64,000 bases of DNA from contig CAVWVI010000003.1 of NCBI GenBank assembly GCA_963758495.1, positions 1,536,001-1,600,000 of the forward strand. The letters run 5' to 3'. Made by a program: the position numbers and the translations under genes. Shown here one piece after another: positions 28,214 to 37,699 of this stretch. The notes beneath the pieces are model-generated. The model worked only from the letters and a program-made list of their open reading frames with translations, did no database searches and was not told the DNA's origin. The stretch is from Oligoflexia bacterium (GTDB lineage: Bacteria; Bdellovibrionota; UBA1018). The stretch's first letter is position 1; every line of letters begins with the position of its first letter.

Positions 28214-30619
28214 TTATCTATTTAGGGAGTCCTGTAAATGGATTTCTTCTAGAATTTTTGACTTCAAGAATGGATATTCATTAAAAATAGATTCTAAATG
28301 GGTTTGTGTTACTTCTAGAACTTCGCTAGTGACCTCTGCAATTAAAGTAGCGGGTTGTGGATCACCATGAATCAGAGATTTAGCGCCGAAGTAGTCTCCT
28401 GCAAAGAACAGTCGATTTTCGGTGGCTAATCTGAGCACGCCTGCGACAATTACAAACAAGACTGGCTTTTGATCTCCTTCTCTCACGAGAGTTTTTCCTG
28501 CATCGATGATTCTCACAGGTGAAGACTCTGCGAGTTTTCGAATGCTGACTCGTGAGAAATATTGAAAAAGAGGAATGCGGCCCAACAAATAAGAGGCCGA
28601 GGGACGGAGAAATTGTCTTGATTGATTTTTTGTTGCATAGAGAATGGAGTCAATTTCTTGCTTTAATTTGGCGTAAATTGGCTGACTAATGATTTTGGCA
28701 TCATATAGATGCCAGAGAGTCCGCAGCGAAATAGCGTAAAGAGCTTGGGATATTACAAGTGACTGAACTGAATTATAGTAATGAGCATAGTTATGATAAA
28801 AATGGTTCAAGCTTTTTTGCACTTCTTTATGCCAACGCTCATAAATATTTTTTATTTCCTGTTGGCTTGATTTCTTCTTGGAATATTCTAGCGCTGATTT
28901 TAGATTTAATAGAACCTCTAAATGGATGACTAGTCTTTTTAGAAGACGGTCAGCCAATCGGCTTTTAAAGAGAAATAGGAGCTTTTCAGACCAGGTTAAT
29001 TTTTGATCGAGCTGTAATTCATAAATATTGAGTCCTGATATACCCTTCTGATTAAATATGAACCTTCTGGATCTCACAGACTCAATCAACTCTATGTAGG
29101 CACTTTTTGATAATAGTCCTTCTTGAAGTCTCGTTTCATAAGCTTGTCTTTCTGCTGAGAAGAGAGAGACAATTTCAAATTGTAGGTCAGTTTCTTGAGT
29201 GACTGTGGAGTCTTTAGGTCGGGAAAAAGCTCGGATAGTGTGTGGATTCGAAAATTGTGCCTGATGTTGTTGGATAAAAGCAATTGAGAGATCGCCTGTC
29301 TCTGCCAATCGTTTTAAGGAAGAATAGGCATCATTAAGAATCATCTGGAAAGCTTTCTGAAAAAAGCGTTCATCCACTTCACTTAGCTGATCCAACCGCA
29401 ACAATCTGAGGATTTTGCGTGTTGTTAATGCATTAATAATTAAAGTAGCGAGAACAACAGAAACTGAGAGTGAAATAAACAAGTCTCTGTATGGGAAAAT
29501 TTTTGGAAGAGTTAAAACTAACCCGAGTGCAAGTCCTCCTCGAAGACCGCCCCACATGAGCACTGTCTGATAGGATAGGGAAATGGGATGAGAGAATCTA
29601 AGCTGATTCGTGGTGGGAATTGTAAGAGTAATGGAAAGCGCTCTTGCAATGTACACAATGAGAAGGGTGAGAGGAATGAATTCAATGTTTTTAAAAATCC
29701 AGGAAGGATCAAATGTAAGTCCGACTGCAATAAAAACAAGAGTATTTGCGCTGAGCGCTAGAAATTCCAAAATGTGATGGATTCCATTGAAGGCTTCTGT
29801 ATTGAGTTCAACACGAATCCGTTGTCCTAGGTAGAGTCCAACTACTAAAGTAGTTATAACTCCACTTAAATGGAGAAATGCATCGGAGATTAAGAAGCTT
29901 AGGTAGGCAGAGACGACGATGATTCCTAGCTGTGCTGCACCGGAGAGGGAGACAATACGAAGAAGAAAACTGGTGAATCCAGCAATTCCTAATCCCACAA
30001 TAATGGAGCCTAAAGTTAACCAAGAGAACTCCCATAAAGATCCCAAACTCCCTACATGAGAAATAGCGGGTGCTCCAGAAGTCGATGCGAGTGCTGCGGT
30101 CATGAAAATTCGAAAGAGCACCATTGCAGTTCCATCATTCAGCAGGCTTTCCCCTTCAATGAGGGTGGAAAGTCTTGGGGGGGCGCCGACTTCTCTGAAA
30201 AGAGCGACCACAGCAATAGGATCAGTTGCTGATATTAAAGCACCGAAAGTGAGACAGGGAAGTAGTGAAAGATGAAAGGCCAAATGAAGTCCATACCCCA
30301 CGAATGCTGTAGAAATTCCTAATGCAGCTACTGCAAGAGCGGTTACGGGAACTAGGTCTTTTTTGAGAAGATTAAAATTGAGGTGAAATGCCGATTCAAA
30401 AATCAAGGGTGGTAAGAGGACATAGAGAATAATTTGCGGGAAAAACTCACCAAGACTGTCTAACGCGGTAGGGAAATGACTCCGTACGACAAGACCCGAG
30501 AAAATACCCAAGAGAACCAAAAAGACACTATGGGGGATTCTCAACCACGTTGCAAACCGAACACTCAAAAAACCAATAGCCAAAAGACCCATGAGGATAA
30601 AAACAAAGTTTGCGATCAT
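28214..30619 (-). CDS. CPA1 (NhaP-type) cation/H+ antiporter with a long cytosolic tail and a C-terminal cNMP-binding-fold domain
   Basis: LLPPLIFE, ISATDPIAV, EGESLLNDG, HLSGVI, WGGLRG; CNBD-like IPLFQ...AGKTLVREGD...LFVIVAG...GDYFG. Confidence 0.9.
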   Translation of the reverse strand: MIANFVFILMGLLAIGFLSVRFATWLRIPHSVFLVLLGIFSGLVVRSHFPTALDSLGEFFPQIILYVLLPPLIFESAFHLNFNLLKKDLVPVTALAVAALGISTAFVGYGLHLAFHLSLLPCLTFGALISATDPIAVVALFREVGAPPRLSTLIEGESLLNDGTAMVLFRIFMTAALASTSGAPAISHVGSLGSLWEFSWLTLGSIIVGLGIAGFTSFLLRIVSLSGAAQLGIIVVSAYLSFLISDAFLHLSGVITTLVVGLYLGQRIRVELNTEAFNGIHHILEFLALSANTLVFIAVGLTFDPSWIFKNIEFIPLTLLIVYIARALSITLTIPTTNQLRFSHPISLSYQTVLMWGGLRGGLALGLVLTLPKIFPYRDLFISLSVSVVLATLIINALTTRKILRLLRLDQLSEVDERFFQKAFQMILNDAYSSLKRLAETGDLSIAFIQQHQAQFSNPHTIRAFSRPKDSTVTQETDLQFEIVSLFSAERQAYETRLQEGLLSKSAYIELIESVRSRRFIFNQKGISGLNIYELQLDQKLTWSEKLLFLFKSRLADRLLKRLVIHLEVLLNLKSALEYSKKKSSQQEIKNIYERWHKEVQKSLNHFYHNYAHYYNSVQSLVISQALYAISLRTLWHLYDAKIISQPIYAKLKQEIDSILYATKNQSRQFLRPSASYLLGRIPLFQYFSRVSIRKLAESSPVRIIDAGKTLVREGDQKPVLFVIVAGVLRLATENRLFFAGDYFGAKSLIHGDPQPATLIAEVTSEVLEVTQTHLESIFNEYPFLKSKILEEIHLQDSLNR

Positions 30620-31012
30620 TTTTGATTTATTTAGCGGCTTTTTGAGTCAACTGCATTCTTTTTCGAAAAAGCTATTTGTTTTTTTAAATGGGGGTTCGTC
30701 CTGCTCCTATCGATATTTCATCAGTTTTTTCTCGAGATCTTGGATTTCCGACCACCAAACCCAATCCAACCTTGACACATCCTAAACAGATTAATCCCCC
30801 TAGTAATTGAACCATCCAGTAATCCATTACGCCCCCCGGCAACTTGATAAAAACAACCTCTCATACGCGCATCTCTAGTGCACTGACGTTCTATTGCACC
30901 ATGAGTCAGTTTAAGTCAAGCTGGGGTCTATGACACAGTCTAGCTATAGCATGGGGCTATGCGGTCTTATTTTTACTTAGCATAATTCAGATTTTAAAAT
31001 ATCATCTCCGGA

Positions 31013-32707
31013 ATGAGTGCGAGAGATCTACTTCAGCTTCTGGTTTTTCTAGTTCTATTACTAGTTTTGACAAGGCCATTAGGCATTTACTTGGATCGGG
31101 TCTTTGCAGGAAAGACCCATCTTTTGTTTCGCCTTTTGAGCAAGTTTGAGAATGGGATCTATCATGTTTGTAAAATCGATCCAGAAGAGGAAGAGTCCTG
31201 GAGTGGATATACAAAGAGTTTACTGATCTTCAGTGCTTTTACTTGTCTATTCACTTATGTCTGTCTTCGGCTGCAGTTCTATTTACCGCTCAATCCGCAG
31301 TTATTTGGAGCAATTAAACCAGATTTAGCAATTAATGCTACTTTTGGATATAATACAAATACTAGCTGGCAGTCTTTTGGTGGCGAAACTACAATGAGCT
31401 ATTTTTCTCAAATTGTGCCTTTGCTCTTTCAGTTTTTTATATCTCCCGCAATTGCCATGGCAGCCGCAGTTGCTATTATTCGTGGAATTTCTAGAAAAGA
31501 ATCAAAAACAATCGGAAATTTTTGGGCAGACTTATTCAGAGGGATTCTTTATATTTTATTTCCGATCAGTTTTATTTTTGCAATATTTTTGATCTCTCAA
31601 GGGGTAATTCAGAATTTTTTACCTTATCAAGAAATCACAACACTAGAAGGTGCTAAGCAAGTAATCGCCCAAGGGCCAGCCGCGGTTCAGGTCGTCATGA
31701 AACTTCTCGGTACTAATGGGGGTGGATTTTTTAATGCCAACTCTTCTCATCCGTATGAAAACCCCACTGCTCTCTGTAACTTTGTGCAAATGCTTCTCAT
31801 GATCCTTCTTCCAAGCGCTTTTGTTTATTATCTTGGAATGCAAGTAAAGAACCTCAAGCATGCTTGGTCCGTGTGGACAGTCATGTTTATTGTTTTTTGT
31901 GTGGGTGCGATTATTTGCATTCATTGTGAATATCTTGGAAATCCTATTCTCAAGAAACTTGGGGCGATTTCTTCGATAAATATGGAAGGTAAAGAAGTCA
32001 GATTTGGAATATTCAATTCCGCACTTTTTGCGAATATTACTACCGCCACTGGGTGTGGAGCAATAAACGCCGTGCTTGATAGCTTTACTCCTCTGGGAGG
32101 GGTAGTCCCCCTTCTTAATATTAAGATGGGTGAGATTATTTTTGGTGGGGTGGGGTCAGGAATTTATGGAATGCTAACATTTATTATATTAACAATATTT
32201 ATTTCAGGTCTCATGATTGGGCGTACGCCAGAGTATTTTGGAAAAAAAATTAGCATTCGTGAAATGAAGTACGTTATGTTATCTATTATTGTTCCTCCTT
32301 TCTTTATCCTTGGATTGAGTGCGATTGCCTCGAGCAATAGGACTGCCCTTTCTGCATTAGGAAATCCAGGATTCCACGGATTCAGTGAAATAATCTACAC
32401 TTATACTTCCGCCATTGGCAACAATGGGAGCACATTTGCCGGCCTTTCAACCCAATTACCCTACTGGAACTTAACTCTTGCACTAGGCATGTTTTTTGGA
32501 CGTTATTTCACGATGATTCCAATGCTGGCAGTTGCAGGTTCTCTTGTCGAAAAAAGGAGTCATCCGGTAGGCGAAGGCACGTTTCCGGCAGAGGGTCCTC
32601 TATTTATCACTCTGTTGATCGCTGTGATTTTAATCGTAGGTGCATTGACTTATTTTCCAGTTCTTGTTTTGGGCCCAATTGCAGAGCACTTTCAAATGTT
32701 GAAATGA
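31013..32707 (+). CDS. kdpA: Orphan second K+-transporting ATPase subunit A (divergent paralog)
   Basis: Full-length 564 aa; [49 protein letters not shown]; filter regions differ from the operon copy. Confidence 0.93.
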   Translation: MSARDLLQLLVFLVLLLVLTRPLGIYLDRVFAGKTHLLFRLLSKFENGIYHVCKIDPEEEESWSGYTKSLLIFSAFTCLFTYVCLRLQFYLPLNPQLFGAIKPDLAINATFGYNTNTSWQSFGGETTMSYFSQIVPLLFQFFISPAIAMAAAVAIIRGISRKESKTIGNFWADLFRGILYILFPISFIFAIFLISQGVIQNFLPYQEITTLEGAKQVIAQGPAAVQVVMKLLGTNGGGFFNANSSHPYENPTALCNFVQMLLMILLPSAFVYYLGMQVKNLKHAWSVWTVMFIVFCVGAIICIHCEYLGNPILKKLGAISSINMEGKEVRFGIFNSALFANITTATGCGAINAVLDSFTPLGGVVPLLNIKMGEIIFGGVGSGIYGMLTFIILTIFISGLMIGRTPEYFGKKISIREMKYVMLSIIVPPFFILGLSAIASSNRTALSALGNPGFHGFSEIIYTYTSAIGNNGSTFAGLSTQLPYWNLTLALGMFFGRYFTMIPMLAVAGSLVEKRSHPVGEGTFPAEGPLFITLLIAVILIVGALTYFPVLVLGPIAEHFQMLK

Positions 32708-32722
32708 AAGGTACTATTCCAT

Positions 32723-33331
32723 ATGATAAAAATAGGGTTGTTCATTTTAGTGATTCTTACTTCTCTTCTTGTGGAGGGTGCGGACCTCCAACCGATATCT
32801 CAACCGTCGCCGCAACCCTCTCCTGAACCGTCACCTCAAGTTGTGGAATCTCACGCGAATGTACCTATTGAATGTTTTTTATCAGCGAATGCATTGAATT
32901 TAAGCTTTCAGCAAAGCATTCAGCTTTGTGCTAATGCTAAGTCACTGGCTCCTATCCGGTGCTTTAATCATGGATCTCTTACCGACGATCAAAGGATCAA
33001 TCTATGTCAAGGTGCTACTTCTGAAGCCCCCAGCGAGTGCTTTGCAGAGTCTTTTGACTTGCTGTTGACTATTGATGAACGGACCAAGCTTTGTAATGGT
33101 GCAATCTTCATCAACAATGCATCTTCTGGTCGTCCGACATTAGCGACAGCCCCTGTTTATTGTTTTAGAAGAGCTAAAGAGCTACCTCTTTCCCAGGACC
33201 AAAGAGTGATTCTTTGCGCCAATGCAGATTCAGATGATCCCGTGCGATGTTTTAACCGTGCGGATCATCTAGATTTGAGCTGGGACCAACGTGTCCGGCT
33301 TTGTACACAGCTGACTCCATCAAGCTGGTAA
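32723..33331 (+). CDS. Secreted Cys-rich repeat protein (five ~29-aa repeats) after a PSPQ linker
   Basis: Signal peptide; repeats P-x2-C-F-x7-L-[TS]-x-DQR-x2-LC-x2-A; 15 bp downstream of the orphan kdpA. Confidence 0.75.
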   Translation: MIKIGLFILVILTSLLVEGADLQPISQPSPQPSPEPSPQVVESHANVPIECFLSANALNLSFQQSIQLCANAKSLAPIRCFNHGSLTDDQRINLCQGATSEAPSECFAESFDLLLTIDERTKLCNGAIFINNASSGRPTLATAPVYCFRRAKELPLSQDQRVILCANADSDDPVRCFNRADHLDLSWDQRVRLCTQLTPSSW

Positions 33332-33371
33332 TTATATTTTAACGTAAGTACTGCAAGGAACTATTTACGAT

Positions 33372-33902
33372 TTAATTCTGCGATGCCGACGTTGTAATTT
33401 GTGTACACAACCTTACGCGCTGATCAGCAGTGAATCCAAGCTGCGCAGAGTTGAAAAAACAGCGAAGCGCCTCATCTGTCGTGGAGTCTGCACACAGAAG
33501 GACTCTTTGATCTAGAGTTAGAGACAGATTATTTGTAGAGTCGAAGCATTGGTTCGGATTTGTTGAAGGTGCAGTGCTACAAAGCTTAGCACGTTGGTCA
33601 ATAGTCAATCCTCGACCGTCAGAGTTTTCATAACATCGGAAAGGAGCATCGGAAGTCGCCAATTGGCAGAGACTCAGTTTTTGGGTTGTGGTCATAGTTG
33701 TTCTAGAAGTATAGGCAAAACAACGTGCAGGTGCATCGGATGTTGCACCACTGCAGAGGGTCAGTTTTTCTTTAACAGTGATGCCAGAGCCACTCATGCT
33801 CAAAACACATTCAACAGGGGGACTCACTATGAAGTCTGCAAAGGTAAATGCGCTCAGCATAAAGACATTCAGCAGCATTAAATATCTTAGCCCCATTTTC
33901 AT
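33372..33902 (-). CDS. Secreted Cys-rich repeat protein (five 29-aa repeats), paralog of 32723-33331
   Basis: Signal peptide (..AFTFA-D); exact 29-aa period; both proteins end their last repeat with DQRVRLCTQ. Confidence 0.75.
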   Translation of the reverse strand: MKMGLRYLMLLNVFMLSAFTFADFIVSPPVECVLSMSGSGITVKEKLTLCSGATSDAPARCFAYTSRTTMTTTQKLSLCQLATSDAPFRCYENSDGRGLTIDQRAKLCSTAPSTNPNQCFDSTNNLSLTLDQRVLLCADSTTDEALRCFFNSAQLGFTADQRVRLCTQITTSASQN

Positions 33903-34023
33903 AGAAGATCTCCAAAGGAATCCAAATATAGCTTCTTGCTCTTAAGCAATATTTATACTTGTCTTCATAGAGCTTGATGGAACTAGGATTAAGCTTAGCT
34001 GATTATGGTAAACGTATATTACT

Positions 34024-36078
34024 TTAGAGTCGCATTTCAAGACTCGAGTAAACTGCTCTTCCTGGTCCGCCTGGCATAGTATTCACTCCGGGAGTATAAT
34101 AAGTTGGAACATAATAGGCAGCATCCAATAGATTGGTTCCATATAAGGCCAGTTTCATATCAGGTGTAGAGCTACTCAAGGAAAGAAGCTGTTTCAAATT
34201 CAATGTCACATTTGCCGTTAAGAGATTATAGGCAGTTGATGCAGGATTTGTGACCAAATTGGCTGGAAAAGCAATCGCGTTACTCCCGTAAGCAGTGATA
34301 TAGGAATCAAACACGCCCAGAGAAACTGACTTCAGCTCATACCCCACTCCCGCCTTTGCGATCCAAGAGGGTGTGAACGAGACCCCGGTATTGCCATTTC
34401 CATCATTACTTTCTTGATAGGTAAGAGAACCTAGAAAATAAATATTACTGGTAGGTAAATATTTGGATTCTAATTCCATGCCCATTAAATTTAACTGCTG
34501 TGAATTATAATAAGATCTGTTAGTCGCACTTCCTATTTGTGGTTCTTGAACAATTAAGCTGGACTGATGACTATAGAAAAAACCGAGAGAGGATTGAAAA
34601 CTGGGGTGATTATAAAAGAATTGAAGATCTGCTGTATCGATGAATTCAGGAGATAAACTGGGATTACCTACCACATTGACACCACCTCCCAGCGGGATAC
34701 TTGCATCTGTTTGAGGAGGTGTAGGAGCATTAAATGCTTGTCCATAGAGTGCCTTGAGTCCGAATTCAGGTGTAAAATGAGCCACAGCACCTAAACGTGG
34801 CACAAAGGAACCTGTATAAGGGGTTTGATTGAATTGAGCGCCCGCAATCAATTTAAGACCAGGGGTGAGCTGGTAGTCGAGCTGAGAATAAACAGCATAC
34901 CAATATTGGACCCAGGCTAGATTCAAGTTGTCTATTTCACCTGACATTCTGTTGATGACCACTCCTGAAACCAAATTTAAGTTGTCTATCAACTTTCCTC
35001 GAACGGTGGTTTCCCATCGACTATCGTTCGTTCTATATTGATTGATAGCAGTGGGATACCCGAGAGGTTGATTGACTGATGACTTCAAGAGTAAGTCTGT
35101 GTATCCCCCGACATTGGAAATATGTGTTTCTAAGTTCCAATTTTGAGCTAGGTCTAATTTATAACCTAAATCCAAAAAGAATTTAGTATTACTGATCCAT
35201 CCCGCAGCTCCATCCGTAGGAAGTCTCCAGTCGTATTGATTCGTGTGGCCGTAAAAAGTAGAAAGCTCCAGATTCTTATAAGCAGCGGTGGTGGTGAACC
35301 CTACGTTTCCATGTTGGTAGGCATTCCCTGAAACATTGTGTCCGGTTACAGAGTTAGCGCTTAATAGCCAGCCGTCTGTGTCTAAATATTTCAAGGCACT
35401 ACTCACTCTTAAACCCGTTTCATCTGACTGAAAGTTTGAATAAGCTTCCACTGCTTTCGTATTAAAAGTGCCGTATTTGGGCGCAACCGATAAATGAACC
35501 CCTTGATCCTTTTTAGTGATAATATTGATCACACCAGAGTATGCATTGGTGCCGTAGAGGACTGAGCCGGGTCCTTTTACAATTTCGATCTGCTGAATGG
35601 CTGAAATTGGAAAAGAAGAATAAATAGCTTGATTATAGGCTCCTATATAACTATCTCGATTGATAGGATTCCCATCCATCAGGACAAGCATATGAGTATC
35701 AAATCCTCGGGGGGTATCTCCACGAACCAGAACGGTATTATTATTGGTGAAGGTCTCATAAATAGGTAAAACACTTGCGACACGGGAAAGTAACTCCGTC
35801 AAATCATTTGCACCAAATAATTCGATTTCCTTTGTTGAGATTACACTCGTTATGCCTGGTGAGTCATAAAGGCCTTCTGATCTTTTTGAAGAAGTGCTGA
35901 CGTCAATATTCATTAATTCCTCTAAAGATAAATCCAGAAATTTTGAATTTGATGCAAGAAGGGTCGCCTGCTCGTTTTCGCTGACGGTCGCAGCAGAGAC
36001 TGAAGTCTCAATTATGGTAAAAATAAGTAATGTAAATAATACAATAGGGCCAGTGAGCAGGGTGATTTTTATCATCAT
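34024..36078 (-). CDS. TonB-dependent receptor
   Basis: DLSLEELMNIDV, plug motifs LVLMDG and IQQIEIVKGPGSVLYGTNAYSGVINIITK, GNPSLSPE, NLLD..Y. Confidence 0.9.
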   Translation of the reverse strand: MMIKITLLTGPIVLFTLLIFTIIETSVSAATVSENEQATLLASNSKFLDLSLEELMNIDVSTSSKRSEGLYDSPGITSVISTKEIELFGANDLTELLSRVASVLPIYETFTNNNTVLVRGDTPRGFDTHMLVLMDGNPINRDSYIGAYNQAIYSSFPISAIQQIEIVKGPGSVLYGTNAYSGVINIITKKDQGVHLSVAPKYGTFNTKAVEAYSNFQSDETGLRVSSALKYLDTDGWLLSANSVTGHNVSGNAYQHGNVGFTTTAAYKNLELSTFYGHTNQYDWRLPTDGAAGWISNTKFFLDLGYKLDLAQNWNLETHISNVGGYTDLLLKSSVNQPLGYPTAINQYRTNDSRWETTVRGKLIDNLNLVSGVVINRMSGEIDNLNLAWVQYWYAVYSQLDYQLTPGLKLIAGAQFNQTPYTGSFVPRLGAVAHFTPEFGLKALYGQAFNAPTPPQTDASIPLGGGVNVVGNPSLSPEFIDTADLQFFYNHPSFQSSLGFFYSHQSSLIVQEPQIGSATNRSYYNSQQLNLMGMELESKYLPTSNIYFLGSLTYQESNDGNGNTGVSFTPSWIAKAGVGYELKSVSLGVFDSYITAYGSNAIAFPANLVTNPASTAYNLLTANVTLNLKQLLSLSSSTPDMKLALYGTNLLDAAYYVPTYYTPGVNTMPGGPGRAVYSSLEMRL

Positions 36079-36261
36079 TTGATTCTAGAAGAGGAATCCG
36101 CAAAATCAAGAAGGAATGTTATTTTTTACGACTTTCAGTTATCTTTAAATAATCCGTTTTTTTGACATGCAATTTGCATATTGTATGATGAAAGTTATAT
36201 GCCTTGCATAGTAATTAATTTATGATTAAATATCTTCTACATTGGGTAGTTTCATCATTTA

Positions 36262-37659
36262 TTACATCCTGAAGCTTGCAGCCAAGGTAGCCCTGGTTTC
36301 GGAAGTGTTTAAATCAGGAGTAAAACTTGGATCGGGTAGTCCCCAGCCATTATTTGCATTAGTGGTCCCACTAGCTCCCGCATAAAAGGGTACAGTTGCA
36401 TGACGATCAGTAACTTCCGCTCGCAAAGTAAGTACTTCATTTGGCATATAATCTAACGTTGCAGTGTAATCCCAGGCTCTAAAATCAGTTCCAGGTGATT
36501 GATAACTTACGTTCGCCGTTGTGGTGGTATTTGATACTGCACTGACGGGTGGTACTAGATAGCGTCCTGGATTTGTTAAAAAACTTCCTCGTAGAGTGAG
36601 TGCAAATAGATTTTTTGCAAACCAAATACGATTAGCAATGGCGGTACCTAATATAAAATTTTTAGAAGAATCAAGTCCCCCCCCGTTCTCAAATCCATAG
36701 TGATTATTGATGCTGCATGCAGCTTTAGAGAAGAGCTGAGACTGAGGTGCATTCCAATATCGGAGTAAAAAACTATCATCATGATGAAAACGTCTTGCAT
36801 CAGGGTTTTGTTGTATATCCGCACCGTAATAGAAATTTGCTACGGTCGAAAAAACTTCAATGGGTCGGTAGACAATCGAAACTCCAAGTGCATTTGATTC
36901 ATTAAATTTTCCATAAGTTTGAAATCCATTAATAACCCAGGGTTCAATTTTAAGGTCTTTACGAGGAAAAATCTGTAGCCGCAGCCCATGAAAATAAAAT
37001 GGAGTAAAGTCACTGACCAATGAACGTTGGTAGCTCCAATTTTCCTGAGTTAAATAACTATCAAGACCCAAATAGGAAGGGAAAATGCCCGCTTCAAGAT
37101 TAATCCCATACATAGAATCCCAATGGTAACCGACTGCAGCTTCTCGAATGTATTTTAGATTATTCACGTTCAGGTTTCGACCACGGTTTACAGTGGGGTC
37201 TGTATCTTGAATAATGCTCAGCGTAGAACCAGTTTGTAAAGCCAAGCGTCCAATTGCATTTTTATAGTTGGCTTCAAATTCAATGCTAGCTAAATTAATT
37301 TGAAATTCATTATCCCGACCTATCGTGGCCGAGCCTGTAATTGTATGATCGATAGGTCGATTCCATGAATAATTGTAATAAGTATCTAAATAGAGGCTTA
37401 CAGTTAGATAATCGTTTTTAAATAAACTAGGGGTGTCTTTTTGTCGATTATTACCATTTAACCAAGAGAAATCAGCGAATGCAAAGGGCTCCTCCTTTTT
37501 TTGTGTTTCAGCTTTGGGCGTTTCAGCAATAGTTGTAGATGGCTGTTTCTCGTCTCCATATGCGAACGTGTGTTCGAGTTGAAAAATACCTGTTAGGCTA
37601 GTTAAATTTAGAATTAAAACAGACCTAAATAATCTTAGGTAATATTTCATGTGTGCCAA
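36262..37659 (-). CDS. Outer-membrane beta-barrel porin (BBP2/DUF1597-like), copy 2
   Basis: EPFAFADFSWLNGNNRQ, DTYYNY, EAAVGYHW, GIFPSYLG, ENWSY, TPFYFHG, NGFQ; paralog of 37700-39049. Confidence 0.8.
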   Translation of the reverse strand: MAHMKYYLRLFRSVLILNLTSLTGIFQLEHTFAYGDEKQPSTTIAETPKAETQKKEEPFAFADFSWLNGNNRQKDTPSLFKNDYLTVSLYLDTYYNYSWNRPIDHTITGSATIGRDNEFQINLASIEFEANYKNAIGRLALQTGSTLSIIQDTDPTVNRGRNLNVNNLKYIREAAVGYHWDSMYGINLEAGIFPSYLGLDSYLTQENWSYQRSLVSDFTPFYFHGLRLQIFPRKDLKIEPWVINGFQTYGKFNESNALGVSIVYRPIEVFSTVANFYYGADIQQNPDARRFHHDDSFLLRYWNAPQSQLFSKAACSINNHYGFENGGGLDSSKNFILGTAIANRIWFAKNLFALTLRGSFLTNPGRYLVPPVSAVSNTTTTANVSYQSPGTDFRAWDYTATLDYMPNEVLTLRAEVTDRHATVPFYAGASGTTNANNGWGLPDPSFTPDLNTSETRATLAASFRM

Positions 37660-37699
37660 AATACTACCTAATGAGATTTAAGAAAACCACTACTTGCAT

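Noticed and set aside
30930..31016. Possible kdpF in front of the orphan kdpA (MTQSSYSMGLCGLIFT*HNSDFKISSPE*)
   Set aside because: Internal stop and no YL.YAL..PE.F motif; at best an unprovable relic.
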